The notes under the pieces were generated by a model. That model was not told where the DNA came from. It did not search any database and saw nothing but the letters and a program-made list of their open reading frames with translations. A stretch of DNA of 64,000 nucleotides, taken from NCBI RefSeq assembly GCF_009834535.1, contig NC_045698.1, positions 9,364,001 through 9,428,000 on the forward strand, written 5' to 3'. A program made the translations under genes and the position numbers. Each line of letters opens with the position of its first letter. Position 1 is the stretch's first letter. This document shows, piece by piece, positions 1 to 14,513 of the stretch. Source of the stretch: Camelus ferus (Eukaryota).

Positions 1-2405
1 CCAGGTTGAAAATATTTACAGTAACAGAATTTGCTTCCTTTCCACAGACACGGAAGAATTTGCCCAGTATTTGAGACCCTTCGAGTTGTAGTAGGACTGT
101 AAAAGAGAAAATAAATTCTGAGTCTTCTGCTCAGATATACTTTCTTTTATTTTTTATGCATCCTACAGTCCATACATATTTATTGCGCACCTACTCCGTG
201 TCACACATATTTATTGCATACTGACTATGTTGTATGGTTCTCTACCTATTCCATGAATAACACTGTACGGTCCTTCACATCTGATGCTCTGTTGTATATC
301 CAACATCATGAGGTACTTAAGTATTTATTTTCCCTAATATCCAAAGATTTTTATTAAAATCTATTATTTGGAAAACAATCTTCAGCTATAGAATCAGGCT
401 AACCTACAGATAAAAAATTATGCTGCACACAAGACGAGACCTAGCATAAGACTCGGAAACATAAAAGTAACATGGCTCAAAAAAGGACTTAAGAAGATCA
501 ATCATAATTGAAGTCATTTTATACGGAATCCAGAAGAATTAATAAAATGAAAGCTTTTCATCATAGAGCTTAAATAGATAGTAAAAATAATGGTAATGAA
601 AATAAAATTACTTTAATAAATATACCAATAGGAGAATATTGGGCTCATAGGGGCCATATATCACGGTGGTCTAAGTTTAGCTGTCATAGAAAACCTACTC
701 AAGAAGTGAGCTATTTTCTTCATCTCCCAGAACGCTACTGCAATAAATCTGAGAGCAACAGAATGCAATGCAAAAAATAATATTTTAGGAGATTGAAAGA
801 TACTTACAACATTTTTTCACTGTTTAACAGCTAGCATTGTACCAACAATTGCTTAATCTCCGCTGGTGATTTTTATCATAATTATTAACCTCCAAAGGTG
901 TATTTGAAACTTGCCTTGTCCTCACAGCTGTACCAGTGTCTTCACATACCAAAACATGCATTTAGCTGGCATTTAGCTCTGCTAAAATTATACGTTTACA
1001 AGTTCCCTCCCATTAGATTATAAAATATTTGAAAGAAGATGCTAAATTTTATTACTCTTTCTTTCACCAGTTTTCACACAATGCCTAGAAAACAGAAAGT
1101 GATCTACAAAATGTTTCTTTACATTAATCAATCAGTTCTTGACATTACCAATGACTGCATAATATGGTGATACTGTAACACCACAGGAGGAACAAATGCA
1201 AAACATACAGAGAGTAAACACCAAGGATCATAAAATATGAAAAGAATGGAGAAATCACATGATTTTAACATCTTCGTCTTTATAACTGTGTGACTACTTT
1301 TTCATTCAACAGTGATTAACTTTCACTGGCAACGTCTCCGTGGAATCACTCATCATTTTGATGAGTTACTAGGTGAAAGTATTATTTACTCCCCTTGTGC
1401 AGTCCATCAGCCGTGCTCACTCCTTACCCAGGTCATAACTGGCACATTACCATTTCCACAGCAAGTATTAATCAGCAGGTATCCAAGTCTGGTGCCTCAA
1501 TGCCATGAGCTAAATTGTGCTGAATTACGATGCACGTTAATAAAGCAGAACTCTCTGGAGACTGTTGATATATGGCGGCTGTAATTCTGCTTTTACTGAT
1601 CGTACATTATATTATATTAAGGTGAGAAACACCCCTTAAATAAATAAATGAAAGCTTACTCTGCTTGAATAATTTCAATTTAGAAATTAATGTGTTAACG
1701 TGGCCTGTGAGTCACCGCCTGTCCTCTCCAAACAAACTCTTATGATGGAGGTAGGACATATTCACTTGACATTCTACTGCCCTCTGGCTGATAAAACTTG
1801 CCGCCAGGAATAACAGATTAGTTAGCATTCAACATATGTTAATTAATGTAGTTTATTAAAATGTGTTATTGTTGCCTTTATTCATTCTTTGTAAGTAATT
1901 CATTGCTGTAGGGGATATAATAAAACCGTTAGGGCTTTCCAGTCAAAAACCTCACACAGCTGAGTTAGATTTTAAATAGCAGGATTCCTTCATTCACCTC
2001 TTGCTGCTTAAAATGATTATTTTTTTCTCAATATGTGGCAAACCATAATTTAAAAGCTTATTGTATCAAGTGAATAAGGGGGGATTCATTTGCAAAATAT
2101 GTGGGAGGTTTAGCCTAAGAAACTCCATTGAATATGTTTAAAATATTCTGTGTTAAAAAGATTAAATCTTAAACATTTACAAAACTTGGGAAAGCCATTT
2201 TAATTAGTGGTATGCACACTCAGGCATACAACAGAACTTTCTTAATCAGTGTAGTTTATTCCATCTACAAAGCACACTGTCTTATGCCCAGGGGAGGCTG
2301 AGAACTTTCTTTTAATGGGCTACTTGATGTACAAGGATGTACACCGATTCCCACCAGGTGAATTATTATGATTCCCAAGTGTCAGCTGTATTAGCTCCTA
2401 ATCTT

Positions 2406-2806
2406 ATATCAGTCAGGGTAAGCTGGGGAGTGTAGTGGAAGCAAATTAACCCCCAAATCTTACTAAGATACAAAAGTCCATTGCTAACTTATTCAACGTC
2501 AGCAGCGTGTTGTGTGACACTTCTGGCAGCCGTACTCCATCAAAAATCTAGATCGACTCCACCAAAATATCACAAGTCATCATGTCATTCATGTTGTCTT
2601 TTCAGCATGCGTCTTTGTTGTTCTTGGAGCAGGACAAGAGGAAATGTATGAAGAACAAATACATCTATGCTTTGCACAGGTGTCTACACACCTCCTACAA
2701 ATCATTGTCCAGAGCTAGTCATATAGTACCAAACAAGCTGCAAGGTAGGTTGTGATATGCAGGGGAATACGTGGATATTTGGTGATCATTAAATGTTTCT
2801 TCTATT
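2406..2806 (-). mobile_element. Old MaLR LTR (MLT1J/K-like)
   Basis: atcagtcagggtaagctgg...cattgtccagagctagtcatat...gctgcaagg...atttggtgatcattaaat. Confidence 0.55.
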
Positions 2807-3244
2807 GTCATTATGTAATTTAAACAAATTTTAAGATGTATATTAAACAGGAGTGAAAAATCGAGATATATTCATCATAACATAAACACTTTGGAACACC
2901 TTGGTAAAGTCTAATTGATTAAAAACAGTACTGCCCAGTTAAGAATCAATAAGATTTTTGTAAAAAATACATAAATAAAGATAAGTAAAAGACATGAAAA
3001 TCAAAGTGAATGATTTTAACTCCTCGTTAATTTTCTTTAAAAAGTAGATAATCATTGATGCAGTCTAGTTATTTCTGAAAATTGTATGAAAAATAAAAAG
3101 CTCTCATAACCAGACTCAAATGACTCATATTAAAAGAAATGGCCCTGATCTTACAATATATTTGTGAATGAACATTATTTAAGATAAAATGTTTAACTTA
3201 ATGTACATATAACATTTAAGGATTAGTGATATTATGTACGTATG

Positions 3245-3425
3245 GTTGAATCCATTACTTCTGTGTGACTTTGATCAAGTTATTTAACTTTTCCATGACT
3301 CAGTTCATCATTAAAAAATAGATTAAAAATAGTCGCATCTCTTGGAGGTGCGGAGAACAAAGGGAAAACATATACGGAAAGTGCTTACGGCACTTAAATA
3401 TCACTGAATGCATGTTAGCTATCAC
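3245..3425 (+). mobile_element. MIR SINE
   Basis: ctgtgtgactttgatcaagttatttaactt...ctcagtt core. Confidence 0.65.
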
Positions 3426-6400
3426 TGGTATCATCACAATTTTAACTGGTTTATTTAATGAATAAGCCAAATAATAATTTCCATTGAGAATAAACCTTCT
3501 GTTTCTAAAGTTTAAAATATATTTAGCTTTACTGCATTTTAGTATACATAGTTTAAAAGTTAGCAACCTTACAGACTTATTTTAACTTTAATAAATTTAA
3601 CTTTATTTTTCCCAAAGAATTAACTTCTTTAGTATCTTGTTTTTCCATAAATCTAACAGAGATATGCATGAATTCCAAAGAAGCTAAGTCATCTGCAACA
3701 AGATTTTATTTCAACCCTAAAAACTTACTAACATACATAAAAGCGTATAATCAAATACTGTTTTCAATCCCTCTGTTACCATTTGTAAAGCATTTGATTG
3801 TTAGTAGTGAATAAGCCCCAAAAGATATAAATAACACTTCAAAATGATAATTTGGAAATTCAAATCATTAATTATAGAATCTTAACAGTGCCATATTTTA
3901 GTTGTTTATTTTTCTGAGTGACAGGTTTTTTTCCCCTGTCTTAGCACTGGAATTTAAAAAACAATATCATGAGATACTCCGTTATGTATTTAAAATAAAT
4001 TCATATGTTGACTTTTAACAATGAATAGATCTTATTGACACATATTACCACTGAAAGATAAGTAGGGATACAATTTATTGTATAAAATGGCCCTACATAC
4101 ACAAAATTTTCTTTGGATCAATTCCCAGAAGGATGTACATCTTAAATAAAACAAAATTAATTTCCCTCCAGCTTTCTATTTATTTTGTTTTCTTTTTACA
4201 AACTATAAGTGCAAAAATATGTAAAAATTCAATTTTGTAAATATTTAGAACAAAAATAAAAAGGCATCAAGGAATATTCAGATTTGAATTTGTTTTTCTC
4301 TCCTTTGAAACAAATTACACGAAATGATCATTGTAAAAGTAATTTTCCAGTGACCTTCCCATGTTTTCCCATGCCTCCCCCTTTTATCAGGGAAAGCAAT
4401 ATACCAACTTTGCTGTTTCTCTGCTTTCTATTCAAATGCTAACATTAACCAATCATGCCAATCTGAACGTATTCAAAGTCTACCTAGAATGAGGAGCATT
4501 TGAATTTCAAATGATATTTGGAATACACATTGACAAAAAAAAAAAAAAATTCAATTTATTTTGATCTCAACTGATACTTGGTTCAGGATCAAACATTCTG
4601 CCAGAAAGAGATAGGACCTTCAGCTCCATGTCTTTGATAAAAAGCCTCCTTAATTTTTCAGTATAAGGGGAAATATTCACTTCTGGGAGAGAATGAATAT
4701 TCAACCAAGATTAACAGCCTCTCTTAAAGCTTGGAGTTTGTGGCTGCAAATTCATAGCCTCTATAACTTTGATGGGAAATTTTGAATTGGAAACATTGCA
4801 CTGTAATTTTATAACCCAACAGAGGAAACGTGCTTGCAAGTAAATGATGTAAGCATCACTTTCAAGAGAACTTGCCTATGGCTTGTAGTGCCAAGCAGAT
4901 TTAAATAGAGCAGCTGCTTCCTGAGCAGAATTCTCTGTAGTCCTGCAGATAGATCTGCTCCAAGTGGTTAGGAGAGTTTCCCTTTATTGTTTCTGGCATG
5001 CATAGCAATCTGATCATAGGTGTGGAAGACACTTTTTAAAAAAAGAAAAGAAATATCCAAATTTGGCTGACATTTTGATTATATTTGGGGAACATCTCAT
5101 ATATGACACAAATGCTGAGTAGACTCAGAGTTGTATGAAATAATATAAGACCTAATGCTAAGCTGTATATGGTATTATTGATTTAGTAATTTTGGGAATC
5201 TGATAGATTTCCTTAAAGCTGCTTTCCAAATAGCAGGAAGCATAGCAGGTGGGTTGACTAAAACATTTCCATCATGAAATCACACATTTTAATTACTCAA
5301 AAGGTTTACCTTTGGTTGCCACTGGCTCCTTTGCAGTTCTTAAAGAAGTACTTACTTCTCTTTTTATATTTGTTCACTTCCATTGAAGATTATATATTAC
5401 TCAGACCCAGGACTTCTTTATTATGAGTTCTACTGCACGGTTCTTCTCAGTTATACCCATTCTCCTCAGTATTCATTATTCTGTCACTGTCTCTGCCTCC
5501 ATAGAGTATTATAAAATTTTGTTTGTGTATCACAATAATTTGATCCTCCTCTAATGCTTAATTCCCATTTTCTATGGTATTTCAGAGTCCTCACAATGTA
5601 GCCATTTATAAATATCCCGGAAATAGCTAAATCATGAAAAAAGGACCGTATTAGAGAAATAAATAATTTTGCTCCTTTATTGAAAATAGTTGTCAAATGT
5701 GCATATTTTCATACTGTAGAGATTGTAAGCATAAATATAAAAAATCAAGAACATAAACTTGCATAAATGCACAAAACATGTCATTAACAGTCATTCATAG
5801 TCCATACTACAATTTAAAAATTAGAGGCAGGATTTTCACAGAATTCTAGCTATCAGAACATTCAGGAGCTGAAGCTACCTCATGGAAATCATATTCTGGT
5901 GAACACTGTGGTAAGCCTAAATATATTACATGTAAACATTTCCTTTACTATCTCACATTGGTGTGGTAAACTTTGGAATCCTACAAGAAGGAGAGAGGGG
6001 AAAAGTCAACTCTGCTCTCTCATCACCAAATCTACCCACAGGTCATATTTCTTCGTGTCTGAAGCTTTGTTTTGACCATCATAATGTTAAGGAATTAGTG
6101 CAAAATCTCACTTCTTCCTTTCTGGATGCTGAGAACATTATATTTAATGTAGACAGCAGACTGAAAGCATTATATTAGTTCTAAGGATTGGTTAGCATGC
6201 TAGGAAGATAAAAAAATTAACCAAAGTAGTACTTCCTTAATGTTCTGATTCCCAGTGTGATTCTGTTTCCATGTCAGCTCGACTGAAATTTATTTGTTGA
6301 AGTCCTTTGTTTTCTGACATATTTTGTGTTCAAATTCTTAAATCTCTCAATATTTGTGAAATAGAGGACATAACACATTAATAGTTGATATCAATACTCC

Positions 6401-8521
6401 ATTATATGTGTATAAATAAATTATAAGAAACCATATCCATCTTTAGAAGGTAAGGAAAACGGTAATGGATTATAAAATCTTCAGAGTTTAGAAAAGACAA
6501 TGTGGGAAAAGAAGGACTGGTAGTGATTAAAAAAAAAAAAAAAACTTCCAAAGACAAAAAGATGTGTATAAAAACCAGAATCCAAATCAGAATCCAATAT
6601 TACTTTTAGTAAACCAAATTAGTTGGTATGATTGGAATATTTGACTTCTGTTTGTAGAAAGGCTGGCTAATTTTCTCTTCCATTCGATGTTTTTGTACAT
6701 TTTTATTTTTTGTTTCATTGTTGTTGGGAGAGTGAGGTAGTGAAAGTTGCCTTTTTGTACCCTGTACCACTGGAAGGGGAAACATGACCCTATATACCTA
6801 TGACTTTTATATTTCAGATTAGAAACAAATAGAATGATCACTGAGAAAAGCTAAGCAACTACCCCTATTTCTGGTGAAAGTTATGAAATACACTCGGTTA
6901 TTAGTAACCTTAATCAAATGTTAGATAAACCAAGGTTCTCAGGTAAATCTCTAAAAAGAAATGATCAACTGAGACACAATTTTATTTCAGAAACTTACAA
7001 ATCTCTTTCCTGTGAACCACTTAAGATATTAGTAAATGACTCATAAAGACTTATATGACTATCCCAAGAGAAAAGTTGAAATACTTGTCAGGTCCAAATT
7101 TGAAGAGGTCCTCTTGACTCCTGGATACCCCATCCCACTTCCCTCCACTCTTCCTTGATGCATTCTGATTTGCGTCGTCCCACAGAAAAGAAAATAGAAT
7201 CACAAATAAAGGCAAAATAGGGCAGTTTTTAATGCTATTGCTGTTGTGGTTTTTAATCTTAAACTTGGAAAGCCAGCAGTCTTTCTGACAGTAGACACAA
7301 AAATGATTGACAAGATTCTTGGCAGGGTCAGAATTAGGAGGCTTAGAGTAAACAAGTGAGCCAGTGTTCTGGATTTTCCATCTTTTAACCAACAGTTCTT
7401 TAAATGTTAAAAGCTACACTTAGGCCTACTATGTCACACAAAATATAATTGTTAATTTTGACTTAGCTTGTTGTGTAAGATAATAAAAATTATGAATACT
7501 TTCAAAGAGCATTTTCCTCTGTGTGAGCCTTAGGCATTTGTAAAGGGAAATGTGCACAAAACAAATCTTCTACTTTCGCCAGAGTCTACCTGGAACCTGA
7601 CCTCTTTACCGTCACATCAAACTACCAGTCAGCATTTAGCTACTCATATCTGATCCTAAAACATTCCAAAAGTAGTATCAGTAAAGTAAAAATGTGTCAG
7701 AAGTAGCATTTCTTATGGAAGTTGTTTTGACAATTTTAGCCTCCAAATCTTTGGTTTTGTTTTGCTTATAAAACAGTTAACAGCTAACCAAGTGCCTTCA
7801 GTAACAATGTATTTTTTTCTTTCTTACACTAAAATATCAAGGATTTTAACAGCATTTTTGAGAGTAGAGAAGCTTCTTTTAGTCCACTTAAAAAATAGAA
7901 TATCCATCAAAGTATACATGGTAATAAGCATGTTAACCGCCTGCACAGAGAATTGGGAGTGCTGGCTTACCCTCAAATGTTATGAATAGATGTGTCCCAT
8001 TTTATTATCATGCAAATTCATCTTGTTTCAGTAATTTCACATTTTGCTTTTAAGTTCCAACTTTAGAGTCCTTGAACAAACAACGATCCTTCTCATCCAA
8101 CAGACAGTTCTACTTCTGCGTGAGTTTCCTAATTGGACTAAAAGAATAAACCCAACAGTTTAGTATGTGAGAGTCAATGGTTTTCAACTACTTCTTCAGT
8201 GTTGTTTATGCTCTTAAGAATATTGCCCAGGATGCTGGAAATCTGACTTTGAAAAGAGACAAAATTGTCAAATCAAGTGAGTTTTCAGAGAATTGGGCAG
8301 CAAGACATGTAAAGGTAAATATTTAAACCACCAACAGTGTGAATTTAGGGTCTTTGGCAATGTCACCTGGGTAGTCCCATTTTCCTGGGCAGTTTTCACT
8401 GGCTTCAGGAAACCGTAATTGTTTGACAAAGCTATGTTTTGGCAACACATGACCAGAAGAGTTAGTATTGGACGAACTTATTAAAAAACTTGAGAGAGAA
8501 GAAGTGGTTCTTGAATTACAA

Positions 8522-8527
<6 letters not shown>

Positions 8528-8558
<31 letters not shown>

Positions 8559-8654
8559 TATTATTATTATTATTATTATTAGAAGAAGAAGAAGAAGAAG
8601 AAGAAGAAGAAGAAGAAGAAGAAGAAGAAGAAGAAGAAGAAGAAGAAGAAGAAG

Positions 8655-8692
<38 letters not shown>
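8528..8692. repeat. Compound microsatellite (TAA)10(TTA)8(GAA)25(GCA)12
   Basis: Read directly: TAA 8528-8557, TTA 8558-8581, GAA 8582-8656, GCA 8657-8692. Confidence 0.98.
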
Positions 8693-8693
<1 letters not shown>

Positions 8694-9839
8694 TGAATAT
8701 TATCTTCAGAGTATACATGCCTACATTTAAAAATGTGGTCTTCAGTTTGTCTTCTCCCATTCGCTCTGCTCTCTCTCCACTGCAGTAGGGTATCTGGCCC
8801 AACGTTCAGAGGAAGTTTTCTAATTTAGCACCAAGTGCCCTTCCCATGTTTATTACCCTCTATAACAACAAATTTTCATGGGGTCCCTCCTACCTCTAGG
8901 CTGCAGCTTCTCAGTATCCTTTGTGAACTTAGGTTTTTCATTCATTTTTGAAGTGAATGGCAAATACCTGGTACATCAAATTTCTTATATCAGCATTCTA
9001 CTAGAAAAGTAACTTGGAGAGATACATAAACCTGAAAAATGAATAGTTCCTCTCAACATTTTCTATTAAAACCTACATGAATATTGTCCCAGTTCAATAA
9101 TATATTACAATTTGTTTACAAGCACTTGTGAAATATTTTCCTGTCACAAGCAAAAGAACAAATAACATTTGTTGATTTAAAAACAAATATAGCAGAGATC
9201 TTGAAAATTAAGATTGCAATCAAGGCATACAATATTTAATAAATCCTCATTGATTTATGTAATTCAAAATAGCATGAGAAATCAAATTGCAATCCCATCA
9301 GTAAAGGAAGAATGATCTCAAAGTATTATTTAAAATTCAAAAGTACTTTAAAGTGGTAGTAGTCTTGCACAGCTCATTAGATCATAAAATTTGCTTTAAA
9401 GGAATATAAACTCAGTTGTGATTATTATTATGAGGGAAAACAAGAACATTAAATTACTGGCTTATGAGGTTAATAATTTATCAGCCTAACCTCTTGGAAA
9501 ATGAATTAATTTATTACACAAACATCTAATAACTTTGATTACAACTGGAATCCAAGAAATATTTTAAAATAAGATAGAATAAATGAAAAGAAACAAAGAA
9601 AACTAGAACTGGAATGCCAAACCACCAACTGGCTATTGTTCATACAATAACTCATGTGTAGCAAGTTAAACCATCTTATCATCAAACAATATATTAGCAC
9701 ACCAGACATTACTAGTAATTCTATAGGGTTTGTCCCATTTAACCTCCAAAGTAAGATAGCAGGTATTTTCAGTCAGTATATAGCTCTGAGTTCTATTTTT
9801 CCTTCCTCTAAGCACATTATGACTTTTTTCCCCACTATC

Positions 9840-10620
9840 TTTTTGTTTTTGTGGTTGAGAACTCAGCTATCAGAATAATACGTATGCCTTTAAAAATAAT
9901 CTACCATTTTTGTGGTAGAAGCTTTTAAAACCTTAGTTCTCTCATTGATGATCCAGATTTTCATGTGATACATACTTAGGTGAAGTATCCTATTCACTTA
10001 TCCTGCTTATTATTCTTGGGTTTCAAAACGTGTATACTGTTTTACATAATCATATGGACAATTCTCAGTCACCTCTTCTAACTTTGCCTCTTCCCCACTT
10101 TCTCTCCATTTATTTGGAAATACTGATCAGATATGTGATATTCCTTCTCACTTGAGCTTTCATTATTTTGAAAGGTTTTTAAAAATATTTTTACCCCTCT
10201 GTGTTGCATTCTGTAAAATTTCTTTAGCTTTATCTTTAAACTCACTAGTGTTTTTCAGATGTTCCTGATCTGCTATTAAACCTGTGCAACTACTACTGAT
10301 TTCTCTATTTCTTTCTCTTCAGTCTCCTTTTAAATCTACTTGTTTTTAGATAGGTCTTGCTATAAATATACTTTCGATAACTTTTATGTCTATGGTGATT
10401 CTGTACTTCATTTGGTAATTTTAGTACTGATGTCTTTAAAGATCTCATTCTGTTTTCTACTTTATCTGCTGGTTCTGAATCATGCCGTTTTATATTGTGT
10501 GTTTTGTGGTTTGTGATTGTGAGTTTGTATTCATGGAAACTTCTGGAGGAATTCTTTGAAGTCAGGTTTGAAACTGAGTTTCTGCAGAGATGTTTGCTTT
10601 TGTTTCTGGCTGACATTTAG
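9840..10620 (-). mobile_element. Very old L1M/HAL1-like fragment
   Basis: T-rich stretch with tctgtgttgcattctgtaaaatttc and ctgatctgctattaaacc. Confidence 0.45.
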
Positions 10621-13229
10621 TGGCATTGCTTGGCACATTTTAAATTAAATTTTGGCTTTCAGGTGTTTCATATTAACCAACTTGTATATATTTATAATAC
10701 AAACCTGCAAAACCACATGTAGTTATATGCTTTTAAGATTTTTTTTTTCTTTTTTCTTATCACTCAGGGGCAAAATCACTTACAGATTGTTGGATGAGGG
10801 AGGGGAGGGCAAGTTGATCTATTTCACTATTTTCCCTTGGTATGATTGTGCCCTTTAGGGCTGCTCTTGTATCAAAAGTTAGAACCATACTTTTCTTCCT
10901 GATTTTTCTGCAGAACAGGAAGAAAATCACCCTTCAGGTCCATATTGTGGAAATCCGAATTTATACCCAACTATTTAGTTACAACTATGCAATAGTCAAG
11001 AACGGATCTTTTACAGATTGAAGGGAAAGTTGGTTGTGTTTTAAATCATGAGTTACAAGAGAAATAAAACTGTCCCAAATCTATTCAAGAATGGTATCAA
11101 AAAGCTATAGAAATATAAAAGCAATGTTGAAACAGGAGGTCCCGGTGACCTCATTAATCCTCTGTACACCACCAAGGTCTACTGATACCAATTTTTAGAG
11201 GATTTTTGTGAGTAGTTCCAACTGTTTGTGAGTATTGCTATTTTCAGGCTTTCATTCTTTGTCAGAGTAATTAAAGGAAAATCACAAGTATGATTCATCA
11301 TTATTCATAATTACTAACCATGAAACCAAAGATTAAAAGAATAAGTAAACTTTAGAAGGATGAAAAGGCTGCAACCATGAAGAAACACTAAAACATTATC
11401 TTTTGGTTTTTATAATTGCATTGCCCAAAGTATTGCATCATCTTTCAAGAAGGTATACACTGGAAACATCATCTTTGTAGTCTATTTCTAAAATGTATTG
11501 AACATAGCTGAGAATTCAGAATTTTTCGTATTCTGTACTTAGTGGCAAAAAGAAAAAAATTGATATGAGAAAACTTACTATTATTAGATGAATCAGGAGA
11601 TGAATACAGGGACAAAGCCCTCTGGACTCTAATAATAAAAGTCAAATTAATCATATCTGTGAACTCTCAGACTGAGTCTTCAGGTGATAATATTCTAAAT
11701 GTCTTTTCCAAATTCAGGAGCCAATGAATGAATACTCCAAGAACAAAAAGAAAATATAACATTTTCTCCAGTTAGAAAGAACTTTATTTGACTTCAGCTA
11801 GATTTAAGATCATCACTGTCATGAAAGAAGGCTTTAAAAAATATTCAAATGCTTCCTTATAAAGTAAATTCTCGTAGGATCATTATTAACTGCACTGTCA
11901 TTTCCAATAACCTAATTCTTAGTTTATGCCATAATTTTGAAAATGTAAGAATTTTAGATTAATTTACATAATGCACATTGAAGGGCAAACAAGCACCATT
12001 TGCCAGTTTTGAAACAGGTATTTTTCTTATACTTTCATATATTTTCTCTATTAAAGCATCTGATTTTATAATGCCATTAAATGCAAAGTTCAGCCTACAC
12101 TTTTTGTTACTGATGTGTGTAATATATAAGCAAAATGTTGACCCTTCAGGGAGAAATTGAAACTCCACTGAGCCTCTATTATTCAAAGCTCACTAAATGA
12201 ATATTGGGGAAATACAACTTTCTTTACCTTTAGGACCCACAGTTGACACCTTCCTTTAAATAATTTTATTTCATGTAGTTCAGGGATAAAATCAAATAGA
12301 AGAAATCAACAAAATACCTGTTTTGTATCTGGAAAATGGCTGATGAAGTCACAATGTTGTTTAATAAAGTTTGTTGGGTCAAATCCGCCTTTTGTCTAAT
12401 TACAAATATTTCTAATCTCCTATCTTGCCTCTCATCCTATCAGTGTACTAGGGACTATTTCTGATTATCTGTTCGCCTGTGGAACTCAGGATGATGCTGG
12501 AAGAGGTCCTCAGAACAGCCACAGATCTTAGATGAACTCAGAAGCAAGATTAAGGGTTCACAGGTTTGAAAGAGGTGCATGGCCAGCCCCTGGTGACGTT
12601 GGTTCTGCTTCCCCAGACATGTAGTCCCTCCCTGTCTTCGCCTTTTGTCATCTTTTCTATTATTCCACTTCATGTGGTAGCATTTACTCACTTTCCTACC
12701 CACTGATTTTAGCTCCCTTATTAATTCTAACTCACCCTTAGGTCTTGAAATTTATTCCAGCCCTGATGGTTTCTCCACTATGCCCTAGGAAGTGCTGACG
12801 CAGTATCACAGATATTACTATTCTCCCCATGTGAGATTCTTGAATGGATCCCCTTTGCTAGAATTGAGATGGGTTCAAGGGGCAGTGGTCCTAGGATTAC
12901 CTCTCTTGCCTGATCTGATGTGATGCCAATCCTTGACTGTATCCTGATGGCCTGCTCACTTGCTGTGTTCAACAAGCATTTATTGAGAACTATCTGTATC
13001 AGGGCCAGTGCTGGGCACAGTCTCTTCCCTTAAGGACCTCAAAATGCACTGCAATGGTTCTAAATTTTGACAACATATAATGAGTTCTTCAAAAAATGCG
13101 ATTCCTTGATCTTCACTCAGGCATTTCAATCCTGTAGAAACAAGAGATCCCATAAGCCAAAGGAGGTGCATGGGAAACTATATAGGAAAAATTACTCCAA
13201 GTGAATCCGATTCTCATCAGATTATCACT

Positions 13230-13300
13230 GTGTATATGTGCGTGAGTGTGTGTGTGTGTGTGTCTATATGCATGTATATATGAATATATGTGAATAAATA
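13230..13300. repeat. (GT)n/(TA)n low-complexity microsatellite
   Basis: Read directly. Confidence 0.85.
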
Positions 13301-13408
13301 TGCAAACCAATAATGGTGGAACCAATTATACGTGCTAAGATAGTTTACTTATGGTAATCAAGGCACTGGAGGTTGGAGGCTATCCCTCAAATTAGTCTTG
13401 AACACTTT

Positions 13409-13484
13409 ATTTTTCCCTTGATGCATAATTGACATAATAAATTAATTTCATGTGTGCAACCTAATGATTTGTTATTTTTATACA
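13409..13484 (-). mobile_element. Short older L1 (L1MA-like) 3' tip with 11-bp TSD
   Basis: ttgatgcataattgacataat...gtgtgcaacctaatgatttg flanked by direct repeats ttgaacacttt (13398-13408 and 13485-13495). Confidence 0.7.
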
Positions 13485-13579
13485 TTGAACACTTTCTTTC
13501 CTGGTATTTACCGTGAAATGAATTTTAACAGCCTTAACTGTGCCTCTAAACAACTTACCAAAGCATTGTGAGGGAACAC

Positions 13580-13806
13580 ACTGGAGAAGTTTCAAGCCCG
13601 CTCTCTGGGGTCAACCTGCCCTTGCCAGCTGAGTGACCCTGGGCAAGCTACTTAACTGTGAGCTTTAGCTCCTCATCTGTAACTTGGGTAATAATTGTAC
13701 ACACCTTTTAGGGATGTTGAGATGTTTAAAAACAAAAATGTATCATCATGTTTATAATAATGTCTACTGCATAACCAACATATAATAAACAAATGCAAGC
13801 TACTAT
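13580..13806 (+). mobile_element. MIR SINE
   Basis: gagtgaccctgggcaagctacttaac...ctcctcatctgtaa core. Confidence 0.75.
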
Positions 13807-14513
13807 TTTTTTTCTAAGAAAAGAAAATTTGTTAGATGACTTTTCGAAAAGAAGGGAAGGTCTTTACTTAAAATATCAAAACATTTTGTACTGTAATTTA
13901 AAGATTTTTTGCATAACTTCCTACCTTATCGATCAGAATAATTGACTGCAGTTTAGCCTCTCCCGAGGCTTAGGTTAAGGTCTTCTTTACGGTCATCAAT
14001 TGTAAAGTCCTGTGATGAATATCAGGCCCATAATTTACTGATACATGGGATTGTTTGGCCCTATAGGAAAGAGATTCAGCTTGCATTGATTTTCTAGACG
14101 GTAATCTCATCCCTTCATATTCAGTAGACCTATTTTTACTTTCCTAAGGGCACTGAGTTCAACATCCTTCGTCTGCTAACAAATACCAGGTGAAGCACCT
14201 AAAAGAAGCTAGTGAAAATGATAATCTCAATTTTAAAAACAATACAAACTCAAATAGACTTAGATTCTTGCAGAACAAAGCAAAGAAATTAATTTCCAGC
14301 TGTTCTTAAAAGCGCAGGCACTTTTCATGCTTATTTTAACTTGATAATTTTGTCCTGTGAGTAGAAGTTACGTAATTTTTGTTGAATAATTGAAACCACA
14401 TATTTTTGTCTGAAATGTAAATATTTCAAATCAGTATGATTTTAGCTTCTTCTCATGCCAAATACAAATATATATCACAATATTAACTCTAGGGGTGTTA
14501 GGCAGTAAATCAG

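Noticed and set aside
160..230. Direct repeat of acatatttattgc
   Set aside because: A local duplication within a probable L2 3' remnant; unremarkable.
1312..1584. 90-aa plus ORF with a possible acceptor at 1312
   Set aside because: No recognisable protein, non-ATG start, weak donor (gtgaaa).
5842..5910. Plus-strand 69-nt exon-like segment (NSSYQNIQELKLPHGNHILVNTV)
   Set aside because: The sequence resembles a MIR-family remnant (agaacattcaggagctgaag...gaaatcat); the peptide is unrecognised.
7051..7392. 113-aa minus ORF
   Set aside because: No homology recognised and no good splice donor; probably chance or a decayed repeat.
8481..8802. Poly-Leu/Ile and poly-Ala/Ser/Asn/Tyr ORFs
   Set aside because: They are translations of the compound microsatellite, with no splice or coding context.
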